IMG/VR virus record: IMGVR_UViG_3300017779_004709
Span: 27,361 to 91,360 of that record
DNA length: 64,000 nt
Strand: one strand, 5' to 3'
DNA from: a virus
Shown here: positions 18,210 through 28,132 of the stretch, piece by piece
How the letters are laid out: the number at the start of each line of letters is the position of its first letter
How positions within the stretch are numbered: position 1 is the stretch's first letter
Program-made: the position numbers and the translations under genes
Notes under the pieces: model-generated
What the model was told of the DNA's origin: nothing
The model's input: the letters and a program-made list of their open reading frames with translations, nothing else
Databases searched by the model: none

Positions 18210-20717
18210 TTGTACCAAAACATATATTACGAAAGTCGTAAGAATAAAGTACATATATGGGATGACAAGAGTGGTCATGTAATCGTGCCTTACAAAAGGT
18301 ATGCTTATATAAAAGACGGATACGGAACTCATGTTTCCCTATATGGTGATAGGTTAAAAAAGACATATAAGTGGGATAAATCCGTAGAAGGATTACACGA
18401 AAGTGATATTAATCCTGAAACGAGAACTCTCATTGATATGTATACTAATAGTGATGAACCATCAGTAGGTCATCGTATTATGATAATCGATATAGAGGTA
18501 GAAGTAACCGAAGGTTTCCCAAGTCCACAAAAGGCAGAAAACAAGATTACTTCCATCGCGATTCACGATAGTGAAACCGACCATTATTGGTGTTTTGTTC
18601 TTGATGAACAAGAAAAACTGATACCAGATGAATGGGGTAAAAATGTAACCGTAGAAACTTTCAAAAAAGAGTACGAGTTACTACAAAGGTTTTACGCTAA
18701 ATATTTAGAAATGCGACCAACCATTATAACAGGTTGGAACATAGATGGTTTTGATATTCCCTACCTTTACAATCGTTCAGCTCAGATAGTCGGTAAGAAT
18801 GTTGCAGATTGTCTTTCTCCAATATCCAATGTCTATTGGAATAAATACAGAGAACGATTTATGATAGCAGGTGTGAGTTGCTTAGATTACTTAGCCCTAT
18901 ATAAAAACTTTACATTTAGTTCAAAACCATCATATCGATTGGACGATATCGGTGCCTCAGAGGTTGGAACAAATAAAATTTCATACGAAGGAACACTAAA
19001 TGACCTATACGAGAATCACTTAAATGACTTTGTGAAATATAACATTCACGATGTTAGGATTGTTAAGAAGTTAGATGATAAGTTAGACTTTATTGATGTC
19101 GCTCGAGGGATTTGTCATGTAGGTCATGTTCCATATGAAGATATACAATATGACTCTCGATTTTTGGAAGGGGCTATATTGGTGTACCTGAAAAAACTCG
19201 GAGTTGTAGCTCCAAACAAGACACCACGAGATGATGTGAAGAAAGATGGTAAATTCACAGGAGCTTATGTACAGGACCCACAAAAAGGAAAACACGATTG
19301 GGTTTATGATTTGGATATTACGAGTATGTATCCGTCAATCATTATGAGTTTAAATATATCACCTGAAACTAAGATTGGTAAAATCGAAGGGTGGAGTCCA
19401 AAGGAGTTTATTGCTGGTAGAAATAAAACCTACTCTATTATTATGAATGGTAAGAAAAAAGGACAATTTACCGAAACAGAATTAAAAGATTTCTTTGATA
19501 AGAATCAAGTATCTGTATCTAACAATGGTATCATATACAGAACAGATAAACAAGGATTAATTCCAACTCTATTATCAGAGTGGTTTGATAAACGAAAAGA
19601 GTTTAGAAAACTAGCAAAGAAGTTCGGTGATGCTGGAGATGACGACCAATATGGATACTTCAATAGACGACAACACATTCAGAAGATTGTGTTGAACTCC
19701 ATGTATGGTGTTTTGGGTTTACCTGTATTTAGGTTTTACGATTTGGATAACGCTGAAGCCACCACAAAGACAGGCCAAGAGTTAATTAAATTCACAAAGA
19801 AAATTGGTAATCATTTCTACAATAAAGAGTTGGGAACAGAAAAGGACTATTGTATCTATATTGATACAGATTCAGTTTTCTATTCAGCAGTTCCTTTAAT
19901 TGAACATAGATTTCCAAATCAAGAGTTAAGTGATGTTATGAAAACTCAACGGATTAATGAGATAGCTACAGAAGTACAGAAATATCTAAACGATAGTTAT
20001 CATTACTTCGCCAAGAAGTTCTGTAATCTTGATGTTCATAGATTTGAGATTAAACAAGAAATTGTAGCTAAGGCTGGTTTGTTCATTGTGAAGAAAAGAT
20101 ATGGTATGAAGATTATATCGGATAATGGTGTTCAAGTTAATAAAACTATGGTAAAGGGTTTGGATACGGTTCGTAGTAACTTCGCCCCATTGTTCAGAAA
20201 ACTATTGTCTGATGTGTTGGATGATATTCTGGCAAGTGTTCCAAAGGATAAAATAGATCATAGGATAACAAGATTTAAGAAGAATATGAAATACAACGAA
20301 CTCGATGATATCTCATCACCAACAGGTGTCAAGGGAATATGGAAGTATATGGAAAAGAAGGACAAGGAAAATAGTTCAGTATTTACCACATTCAAAAAAG
20401 GGTGTCCTGTTCATGTAAAAGCAGCAATAGCATATAATGATTTGGTTAGGTATTTTAAACAAGATAAGAAATATCAATTCATCAATAATGGTGATAAGAT
20501 TCGTTGGGTGTATTTGAAGAACAATACATTAGGATTAAATGCAGTTGCTTACAAAGGACACGAGGACCCACCTGAAATAATGGAATTTATAAATAAAAAT
20601 ATTAACCATGATAAGATATATGGACAGGCACTAACCAAAAAGTTACAAATGTTCTATGATTGTTTGGATTGGGGAAAGCCAGTAGATGAAGAACAGAGTA
20701 TCGAAAGGTTTTTTTAG
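18210..20717 (+). CDS. Family B DNA polymerase (gp43-like)
   Basis: Exonuclease DIEV and GWNIDGFDIPY; polymerase DITSMYPS, KIVLNSMYG, YIDTDS, KKRY. Confidence 0.95.
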   Translation: MYQNIYYESRKNKVHIWDDKSGHVIVPYKRYAYIKDGYGTHVSLYGDRLKKTYKWDKSVEGLHESDINPETRTLIDMYTNSDEPSVGHRIMIIDIEVEVTEGFPSPQKAENKITSIAIHDSETDHYWCFVLDEQEKLIPDEWGKNVTVETFKKEYELLQRFYAKYLEMRPTIITGWNIDGFDIPYLYNRSAQIVGKNVADCLSPISNVYWNKYRERFMIAGVSCLDYLALYKNFTFSSKPSYRLDDIGASEVGTNKISYEGTLNDLYENHLNDFVKYNIHDVRIVKKLDDKLDFIDVARGICHVGHVPYEDIQYDSRFLEGAILVYLKKLGVVAPNKTPRDDVKKDGKFTGAYVQDPQKGKHDWVYDLDITSMYPSIIMSLNISPETKIGKIEGWSPKEFIAGRNKTYSIIMNGKKKGQFTETELKDFFDKNQVSVSNNGIIYRTDKQGLIPTLLSEWFDKRKEFRKLAKKFGDAGDDDQYGYFNRRQHIQKIVLNSMYGVLGLPVFRFYDLDNAEATTKTGQELIKFTKKIGNHFYNKELGTEKDYCIYIDTDSVFYSAVPLIEHRFPNQELSDVMKTQRINEIATEVQKYLNDSYHYFAKKFCNLDVHRFEIKQEIVAKAGLFIVKKRYGMKIISDNGVQVNKTMVKGLDTVRSNFAPLFRKLLSDVLDDILASVPKDKIDHRITRFKKNMKYNELDDISSPTGVKGIWKYMEKKDKENSSVFTTFKKGCPVHVKAAIAYNDLVRYFKQDKKYQFINNGDKIRWVYLKNNTLGLNAVAYKGHEDPPEIMEFINKNINHDKIYGQALTKKLQMFYDCLDWGKPVDEEQSIERFF

Positions 20718-21427
20718 TGAACACGGAAGAAATAAAAAAATTAGTAAAAACTCATGTGGATATTACTGATAAAGAATTAGATGATTTAGATAGGGAAACT
20801 AATTTCGAGGGGGTTTTAACTAAAAGAAAACCTAAGACAATTATTACCAAATACAATACCACAGATAATATTAATGAATACGGATATAGGTCAGATTCAT
20901 TTGATGATGATACAGATGGTTTTATGTTTTTGGGATGTTCGCTAACAGCAGGAGTTGGATTAGAGGAACACGAAACATGGCCTTGGATGGTGGGAAAACA
21001 TTTTGATGTGAGGGTTTGGAATCTATCCCAAAATGGTAGGGGAGATGATTTATGTTTTATGAATGCTGTTAGGTGGATTCCAAAATTAAAACCTAAAGTT
21101 GTTAGTGTTCTACTTCCAACAGCAGGTAGATTTCAATTCTTCGACTATGATAACGATAAATTATCTAACGAATTTTATATATACAATTTACCCAAGAAAC
21201 CTAAGTTCCCTTGGCTGTATAATTCTAAGCATTTATATCTATCAGTATTAAAAAATGTCATGGGAATTAAATTGATTTGTGATGAATATAATATACCTTT
21301 TATAGTAGAATCTTCTACTGAAATTTTGGATTGGCCAGATAAAGCAAGAGATGACTCACATCCAGGCCCTAAGTGGCAAAAAATAGTATCTAATTTATAT
21401 ATAGAAAGTATAGAAAGGTTCTTCTAA
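20717..21427 (+). CDS. SGNH-like protein
   Basis: NEYGYRS, FLGCSLTAGVG, C-terminal DDSHPG. Confidence 0.65.
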   Translation: MNTEEIKKLVKTHVDITDKELDDLDRETNFEGVLTKRKPKTIITKYNTTDNINEYGYRSDSFDDDTDGFMFLGCSLTAGVGLEEHETWPWMVGKHFDVRVWNLSQNGRGDDLCFMNAVRWIPKLKPKVVSVLLPTAGRFQFFDYDNDKLSNEFYIYNLPKKPKFPWLYNSKHLYLSVLKNVMGIKLICDEYNIPFIVESSTEILDWPDKARDDSHPGPKWQKIVSNLYIESIERFF

Positions 21428-21428
21428 A

Positions 21429-22223
21429 ATGTTTAAACTTGCCTATTTAAATGGTTGTAGTTTTGTGGATGGATTTAAAGGACTTGATGATTCAATTGTT
21501 AAAACAGAACTTGATATTAAAAAAATTATTAATAATGCTTCACATGGATGTGGTAATGATAAAATCAGAAGGACAACGATAGATTTTCTTTTAAAGAATA
21601 AAAATTTGTGGGAAGATTTATTGGTTGTGATTGGTTGGACTCAATTTACACGATTTGAATTGTGGGATGAGTTTAAAAACAAGAATGGGAAAGAATCATC
21701 AAGTTTTATACAGTTGAATTCTAAATTAGTACACAATAAAAAAAAGAGTACTGATTTTTTAGAACGAATGGATTCATCTCAAGCTTTTCCTTCTCCAGAA
21801 AAGTCACTAATTAGATTTGGTCTGAAAAAAGATATTCATGGTAATGATATGTCAGATAAGTTTTGGAAGTGGTTTATGGTAAGACATTACAATGTTAGAG
21901 ACAGATATGATAAATATTTAGATAACATTTTGTATTTACAGATGTTTTTAAAGACTAATAATATTAAGTATGTGATGTTTGATAGTTTATGGAGTATAAA
22001 CGAAACTAAGTTATCAGATAAGTACAAATTTAAATATAATGAAATAGATTTTGATAGATGGGTGTGGGGTGATGATAAAACGAGTTGGTCAGAATACCTA
22101 ACTGATATAGATCCATCTCATACCGAAACAAGAATCAGTAATACTGATGACCATCCAAACGAAAATGGTCAAAAAATATGGCTTAAAATTATATCTAATA
22201 AGGTAAAAGAATTATATGAATAA
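21429..22223 (+). CDS. SGNH-like protein (DUF6071-like)
   Basis: NGCSF, GCGN, IGWT, DDHPN. Confidence 0.65.
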   Translation: MFKLAYLNGCSFVDGFKGLDDSIVKTELDIKKIINNASHGCGNDKIRRTTIDFLLKNKNLWEDLLVVIGWTQFTRFELWDEFKNKNGKESSSFIQLNSKLVHNKKKSTDFLERMDSSQAFPSPEKSLIRFGLKKDIHGNDMSDKFWKWFMVRHYNVRDRYDKYLDNILYLQMFLKTNNIKYVMFDSLWSINETKLSDKYKFKYNEIDFDRWVWGDDKTSWSEYLTDIDPSHTETRISNTDDHPNENGQKIWLKIISNKVKELYE

Positions 22224-22304
22224 TAATGTCAAAGATTTTTTTGATTTTGAGAAATAAGTTTGATATATATGTATATATCATATTAACATAAGGAGAAATG
22301 ATAA

Positions 22305-23024
22305 ATGAATAAATACAAATTAACTCGATTCATTGACAAGTACCATTTAGGTGGTAATGTTAATGCAGTAGTTATCAACAGCAAGAGTGATAAATTATCT
22401 ACTCGATTCATTACTGGTGATAAAGCACTACTCGGAGAATTGAAGATGAATAATTGGACATTCGAGGATTCCGAATTGGGAGTTTATGATACAGAACAAC
22501 TTAGTAGATTACTTGGTGTTTTGGATGATGATGTAACCCTTAATTTGACTCAGGCGGGTGATAAGGCAATCGCCGTTGAGATTTCTGATGCACTATCCAA
22601 AGTCAACTTTATGTTGTCGGATAAATCAGTTATCAATCAACCACCGCCACTAAAACAACTTCCTGAATTTCAGGTAGAGATTAAAGTGGATTCCAATTTC
22701 ATTAATAGATTCATTAGTGGTAAATCTGCATTACCAGATACAGATACCTTTACGGTAATAGCTGATGATGATGGAGTGAAACTTGTAATAGGTTATTCTT
22801 CAATCAACACAAACAGAGTTACAATTCCTGTTGAGACTACAGCAACATCTAAAATAGAAAATGTATCTTTTAACGCAAATCTATTTAAGGATGTTCTTAC
22901 AGCAAATAAAGAATGTGAAAGTGCAACACTATATGTTAGTGAACAAGGGTTATCAAAAATCAACTTCAAGGTTGATGATTATGATGCTACTTACTTTCTT
23001 GTAGCCGTTCAAGACGTTGATTGA
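22305..23024 (+). CDS. DNA sliding clamp (gp45/PCNA-like)
   Basis: About 240 aa with a two-domain beta-rich pattern, GVYD...L motif and C-terminal GLSKINF...ATYFLVA; lies next to the polymerase. Confidence 0.7.
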   Translation: MNKYKLTRFIDKYHLGGNVNAVVINSKSDKLSTRFITGDKALLGELKMNNWTFEDSELGVYDTEQLSRLLGVLDDDVTLNLTQAGDKAIAVEISDALSKVNFMLSDKSVINQPPPLKQLPEFQVEIKVDSNFINRFISGKSALPDTDTFTVIADDDGVKLVIGYSSINTNRVTIPVETTATSKIENVSFNANLFKDVLTANKECESATLYVSEQGLSKINFKVDDYDATYFLVAVQDVD

Positions 23025-23991
23025 TTTTGACAACTTCCCAACTTTTAGTGAAGAACATTTTAATACTTGGATAAACGAATTAACACCAATAGAGGAACAT
23101 AATGGTTACTTGGTTAAACGAGACGACCTTTTCAATCTTGGTGGTGTTAGTGGTGGAAAAGTTAGACAATGTTCTAAACTTGTCTATGATAATTTAGACC
23201 ATATACTCAACGAGTGTAATGGTGGAATACTTACAGCTGCTGGAATACCATCTCCACAGAGTTGTATAACTTCGGCAGTTGCAAAGTATTTTGGGTTGAA
23301 ATGTTTGGTTACAATACCACATTATCCCGACCATATCAAAGATAGTTATAGAGTAAATGCTTCACTATCTCAAAAGTTTGGTGCCAAAATGTATGGGGTG
23401 GGAAACCCTAATATATCGGGTCCCGAACTTGATGCCAAAAAACTCGTTGGTGAAACAGGTTATTTCCAAATAAAATTTGGAATGAATGGAAAACAAGTGA
23501 TGGAAACCATTGCCCAACAAGTGAAAAATATTCCTGACTGTGTAGAGACTGTCGTGGGAATAGCTGGGAGTGGATTATCTATGCTAGGTGTAGCATTAGG
23601 GTGTAAGTTGTATAACAAAAATGTTAAAGTTATACATCCTGTAGCATTAAGTGGATATGTGTATAAAAATAAGAAAACTTGGTATGATCGTCTCCTTCCC
23701 AAAGACCAATTTGACGGAGAATTTCATGTGGTACAATCTGATTATCCATATCAACACAAACTTAAATTAGATGAATCATTACCGCTTGACCAAACATACG
23801 AAGCTAAGGCTTGGGATTGGATGACCAAAAATCTAAAACCATCTGAAAAGGTGTTGTTTTGGGATGTTGGTATTAAAGAATATGACTTGGATTACATTGA
23901 ACCTATCAAGTGGCACAAATCAGAATATGAAATGATTATCGATAGAGAACTGAGAAGGAAACATGAGCAAGTCAAACACGACTTTTTCTAA
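23017..23991 (+). CDS. PLP-dependent fold-II enzyme (ACC deaminase/D-Cys desulfhydrase-like)
   Basis: TPIE, VKRDD, GGKVR (PLP Lys), AGSGLS, LDQTYEAKAW. Confidence 0.8.
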   Translation: MIDFDNFPTFSEEHFNTWINELTPIEEHNGYLVKRDDLFNLGGVSGGKVRQCSKLVYDNLDHILNECNGGILTAAGIPSPQSCITSAVAKYFGLKCLVTIPHYPDHIKDSYRVNASLSQKFGAKMYGVGNPNISGPELDAKKLVGETGYFQIKFGMNGKQVMETIAQQVKNIPDCVETVVGIAGSGLSMLGVALGCKLYNKNVKVIHPVALSGYVYKNKKTWYDRLLPKDQFDGEFHVVQSDYPYQHKLKLDESLPLDQTYEAKAWDWMTKNLKPSEKVLFWDVGIKEYDLDYIEPIKWHKSEYEMIIDRELRRKHEQVKHDFF

Positions 23992-24511
23992 GGCCTGGTT
24001 AGAAAAGAAAATAATGTGTGGGTTATGTAACTTTGGTTGCTGTAACCACAATTCTTTTCATGTAGAGATTACTGAGGAAGAACAAGAAAAATACAAAAAA
24101 CAATTTGGACTTGATTTAGAATTGGAATGGCCACAAGATGGTTGTTGTGATTTACTAAGTAAGGATGGAACGGGTTGTAGTTTGGGTGATGAACGACCTG
24201 TATTCTGTAAAACATATCCATTAGTGGAGAACAAAACAGGTCGTGTGGTGATTAATAATTGGGCATATTTACATTGTCCAAAGCCTGAGAATTACGAGTT
24301 AGATAGAGAAGTGGATGGTAAGTATCATTACAAGTTGAAAAAGAAACATAAGAACAAACGAGATGAATTGATATTAGATGATAAGATAGAAAATGTAGTT
24401 AAACAAATATGGTTACAATCCAAAGAGGCACTTGTCGAAACATACGGACAAGAGTTTTACGAAAAGATAAAAATAGAAATGAAACAAACAATTAAACACG
24501 GATTCTTTTAA
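23963..24511 (+). CDS. YkgJ/CxxCxxCC family Cys-cluster (Fe-S/Zn) protein
   Basis: CGLCNFGCC, CCDLL...GCSL...RPVFCKTYP. Confidence 0.75.
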   Translation: MSKSNTTFSKAWLEKKIMCGLCNFGCCNHNSFHVEITEEEQEKYKKQFGLDLELEWPQDGCCDLLSKDGTGCSLGDERPVFCKTYPLVENKTGRVVINNWAYLHCPKPENYELDREVDGKYHYKLKKKHKNKRDELILDDKIENVVKQIWLQSKEALVETYGQEFYEKIKIEMKQTIKHGFF

Positions 24512-25731
24512 TGTATATAGATTACTTTGATAAATTTTACAATATGAAACCCTATCTCGAAATTGATGAAAAGGATTGGGAGTACATTAAAGAAACATTT
24601 GATAAAGATGATGTTAAGGAAAGTCTTGCAAAAGTAGCAATGACATACCCACTTCCATATCCTGATTTAACCGAAAAGAGAGCATACAAGGATTTCCAAA
24701 AACTCAAGGGTATGAAATGGAATGAAATTATGGTAGAGGGTGAGTGGTATGCTAGAGAAGGAACAGAATATACCTATAATTTAAATTATGATAAAAAACA
24801 ATTATATTTTAGAAGATTAAATGCTGGTAATGAGGCAAGTAACTACTTTCAGATAGAAAATCGTTGGTCAGTTGATGGTTCGGTTTCACCAGGTCCTAAA
24901 CGAACTTGGGGAAGTCATAAGTTTATGACCACACTTATGGGAAGTGCTTACTCGTTGAAGATGCCCAAGATAAACAAGAACATATTGAGAACTATGATTG
25001 GGTTGAGAAAATATATTTGTTCTCAGTTCAAACCAAATGTGGCAAAGATAATTTACGATATGTTTAAGTCAGAAAACATATTAGACTTTTCGATGGGGTG
25101 GGGTGATAGGTTGGCTGGATTTTACGCAAGTGAATATGGTAAACACTATGTTGGTTTAGATCCAAGAGGAGAGAATCACCCTATCTACAAGGAACAATCT
25201 GAATTCTATGAAAAACATTTGGGATTCTTTGAACACGATAGAAAGTCTGAGTTTCATTGTAGTCCAGCAGAAGATTTTGACTTCGCCCCGTACAACGAAC
25301 ATTTTGACATGGTATTTACAAGTCCACCATACTTTAGCGTGGAGCGTTATAGTTACGATGATACACAAAGTTGGGTTAGATACAAAGATATAAACGATTG
25401 GAATAAGGATTTTCTACAATCGACCTTGGGTAACTTATGGGGAAGTATAAAAAAAGGTGGATATTTATTAGTGAATATATCAGATGTCTATACAAATTCA
25501 AAATGGTCAACCGAAAGAGGTTGGTTGGAGATTTGTAATCCTATGAATGACTACTTATCCAAGATGGGAGAGTATCAAGGTTGTATTGGAATGGAGATGG
25601 CCAAACGACCTAATAGTGGTGGAGCTGGAACGGCTAAAAGTTACGAGGGTTCTGTGTGGACGGAGAAATCATTAGAGAACAAACAGGATAAGAAGTTTGG
25701 AGAACCAATATGGGTATGGAAAAAGTTGTAA
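24511..25731 (+). CDS. DNA amino-methyltransferase-like (SPPY)
   Basis: QFKP, LDFSMGWGDRL, FTSPPYF. Confidence 0.8.
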   Translation: MYIDYFDKFYNMKPYLEIDEKDWEYIKETFDKDDVKESLAKVAMTYPLPYPDLTEKRAYKDFQKLKGMKWNEIMVEGEWYAREGTEYTYNLNYDKKQLYFRRLNAGNEASNYFQIENRWSVDGSVSPGPKRTWGSHKFMTTLMGSAYSLKMPKINKNILRTMIGLRKYICSQFKPNVAKIIYDMFKSENILDFSMGWGDRLAGFYASEYGKHYVGLDPRGENHPIYKEQSEFYEKHLGFFEHDRKSEFHCSPAEDFDFAPYNEHFDMVFTSPPYFSVERYSYDDTQSWVRYKDINDWNKDFLQSTLGNLWGSIKKGGYLLVNISDVYTNSKWSTERGWLEICNPMNDYLSKMGEYQGCIGMEMAKRPNSGGAGTAKSYEGSVWTEKSLENKQDKKFGEPIWVWKKL

Positions 25732-26738
25732 GTAGTAATAATGAATGGGATACCTTAAAAGAAGTTTATGTTGGTATTATAGATAATCCAAATAATCCTG
25801 ACCACGATGTAGACTTACATTGTATAAATTATGCCGATAGGGATGAGATGTTAGGTGTGGAGGAAGGATTATATCCCAAACAAGTAATTGAAGAAACTCA
25901 AGAAGATTTAGAAGGATTGGTTTCTATTCTTAAATCACTTGGTGTAAAGGTAAAACGACCTCAACCACAGGATAACCAATCACATTTTGCAACACTTGAT
26001 TGGTGTACAAATGGATATTACAATTATTGTCCACGAGATAGTGTGGTGGTTGTAGGAGATACAATTATAGAATCACCTATGACTTTAAGGTCAAGGTACT
26101 TTGAAACATTTTCATTTCGTGATGATTTCATTGATTATATGAAAAAGGGTGCAAGGTGGGTTTCAGCACCAAAACCAAGATTAAGAGATGATTGTTATCA
26201 AAGAGACGATTTAGATAAATTAACATTAACAGAAGTAGAACCCATATTTGATGCAGCAAATATTCTTAGATGTAACGATGATATATTATATTTGGTTTCA
26301 AACACGGGCAACAAGTTAGGTGCACAATGGTTACAGAATTTTCTTGGAAGTAAATATAAGGTACATACTTTAGAAAATATGTATAGTTATGTTCATTTAG
26401 ATTCGACTATATCCCTATTAAGAGAAGGATTGTGTTTGTTAAATCCTGAAAGGGTGAATGAAGATAATATACCCGAACCATTAAAATCTTGGGATAAGAT
26501 TTGGTGTCCTGATATGGTGGATATAGGACATTATCCTAATTACAATCACGCTTCAGTTTGGATTGGTATTAATTTATTGTCTCTGAATGAAAATTTGGTT
26601 ATATGTGATGAAAATCAAACAGAGTTACATAAGGAACTATATAAAAATAATATAGAAGTCATTCCTATGAAATTAAGACATGCAAGAACACTTGGTGGTA
26701 GTTTTCATTGCACTACTTTGGATATTTGTCGTGGATAA
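25710..26738 (+). CDS. Amidinotransferase (glycine/inosamine-phosphate amidinotransferase family)
   Basis: NEWDTLKEV, CPRD, FDAAN, HLDS, GGSFHCTT. Confidence 0.9.
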   Translation: MGMEKVVSSNNEWDTLKEVYVGIIDNPNNPDHDVDLHCINYADRDEMLGVEEGLYPKQVIEETQEDLEGLVSILKSLGVKVKRPQPQDNQSHFATLDWCTNGYYNYCPRDSVVVVGDTIIESPMTLRSRYFETFSFRDDFIDYMKKGARWVSAPKPRLRDDCYQRDDLDKLTLTEVEPIFDAANILRCNDDILYLVSNTGNKLGAQWLQNFLGSKYKVHTLENMYSYVHLDSTISLLREGLCLLNPERVNEDNIPEPLKSWDKIWCPDMVDIGHYPNYNHASVWIGINLLSLNENLVICDENQTELHKELYKNNIEVIPMKLRHARTLGGSFHCTTLDICRG

Positions 26739-27522
26739 ATCATATGTAAAGTTTGTAAATTTTAAAAAAAATGCAGGACTTTGGCATCACACATATAATC
26801 TAAAAGTAATTTTAAAATATGCATATCACAATAATAAAATACCAATAATCCCTATGTTTGAATTTGGAGAACCAGAGGGATTAGGATCAGAAAGAATATT
26901 TGATACAAATTTAAGTCAGTACTATGATTATTCTAAATTAAAAATCGATGGAAAACCATATGAAGTTGTATTAGATAATGAGTTCGAAAATAGTAGGACA
27001 GAAGTTTTTGATTTCTATAAAACACATTTAGGAAAACAAGGTAAATATGTTGGTTATTTTCCTGATATTGAAGAATTAATGGTTGATGGAAATGTTGATA
27101 TTGAATTACCATTTCATCAACATTTAGTAGACATTTCTTCTAATGTAATAAATCATTTGGGTAAATATGTATGTGTTCATGTGAGACGAGGAGATGTTTT
27201 AAGTCAATATTCAGATACAGATGAGGCCACTCAATCAGAAAATATTTTGAAGGTTTTGGACGAGTTAGTTGATGATTCTTATAAGGTTTATATTATGACG
27301 AATGAGGAAGATTTAACCTTATTTGATAAGATAACTCAAAAATATGATACTTATTTTTGGATAGACTTTGATGTATTGACGGAGTGGTATAATAAAGACA
27401 ATTATTTATTATTTTGTATAGAGTTATTAATAATGAAAAGTGCAAATAAAAAAGTTTCAACTTTTGAAAGAAATTATATACACAATATTAACCAATGTGA
27501 TAGGTGGTTATATGAAAGTTAA
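26680..27522 (+). CDS. Fucosyltransferase-like GT-B glycosyltransferase (start may be GTG 26731)
   Basis: VCVHVRRGD, VYIMTNE. Confidence 0.6.
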   Translation: MQEHLVVVFIALLWIFVVDKSYVKFVNFKKNAGLWHHTYNLKVILKYAYHNNKIPIIPMFEFGEPEGLGSERIFDTNLSQYYDYSKLKIDGKPYEVVLDNEFENSRTEVFDFYKTHLGKQGKYVGYFPDIEELMVDGNVDIELPFHQHLVDISSNVINHLGKYVCVHVRRGDVLSQYSDTDEATQSENILKVLDELVDDSYKVYIMTNEEDLTLFDKITQKYDTYFWIDFDVLTEWYNKDNYLLFCIELLIMKSANKKVSTFERNYIHNINQCDRWLYES

Positions 27523-28132
27523 TGGATTTTGGATTGGTGAGTTGGGTGAGATACAATATGAATGTATCAATTCTTGGGAAAAGAATGGTTATGAATTTAA
27601 GTTATGGAATGAAAAAGATTATCACGAGATAGTTGACTCTGATGAATATTTTACATATCAACACGGACATTCAAAAGGTACACCGATTGCATTTTCAAAT
27701 CTGTTTAGATCAGAATTGTTATATCAACGAGGTGGGTTGTATGTTGATTTGGATATGTTATGTTTGAAACCATATGAGTTCAATAGACGATTTGTATTTT
27801 CAGAGCAGATAGATAGTGGTTGGGATTATCATGTTGCAACTTGTATTATATATAGTGAGAGTAGTGGGGAACAAATTTTTAAAGATTGGGCAAATCGTAT
27901 ACGAAAGATTGGTGAGAATTCTACACACGGAGATTTAGGACCTAATTTAATCACACCATTGGTTGAGCAATATGGTTATGAAGATTATGTATTACCTAAA
28001 AAGTATTTTTGTTCAGTAGATTGGCAATCATATGAAGATGTTTTTACATATGATGGTGATTCGTATGGAATACATTTGTTTACGAGTCTATGGAATGAAG
28101 AAGATTATAAAAATATAAATAAATTAAAATGA
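27512..28132 (+). CDS. Glycosyltransferase family 32-like (DxD)
   Basis: FWIG, CINSW, SNLFR..LLY..GGLYVDLD, GP. Confidence 0.8.
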   Translation: MKVNGFWIGELGEIQYECINSWEKNGYEFKLWNEKDYHEIVDSDEYFTYQHGHSKGTPIAFSNLFRSELLYQRGGLYVDLDMLCLKPYEFNRRFVFSEQIDSGWDYHVATCIIYSESSGEQIFKDWANRIRKIGENSTHGDLGPNLITPLVEQYGYEDYVLPKKYFCSVDWQSYEDVFTYDGDSYGIHLFTSLWNEEDYKNINKLK

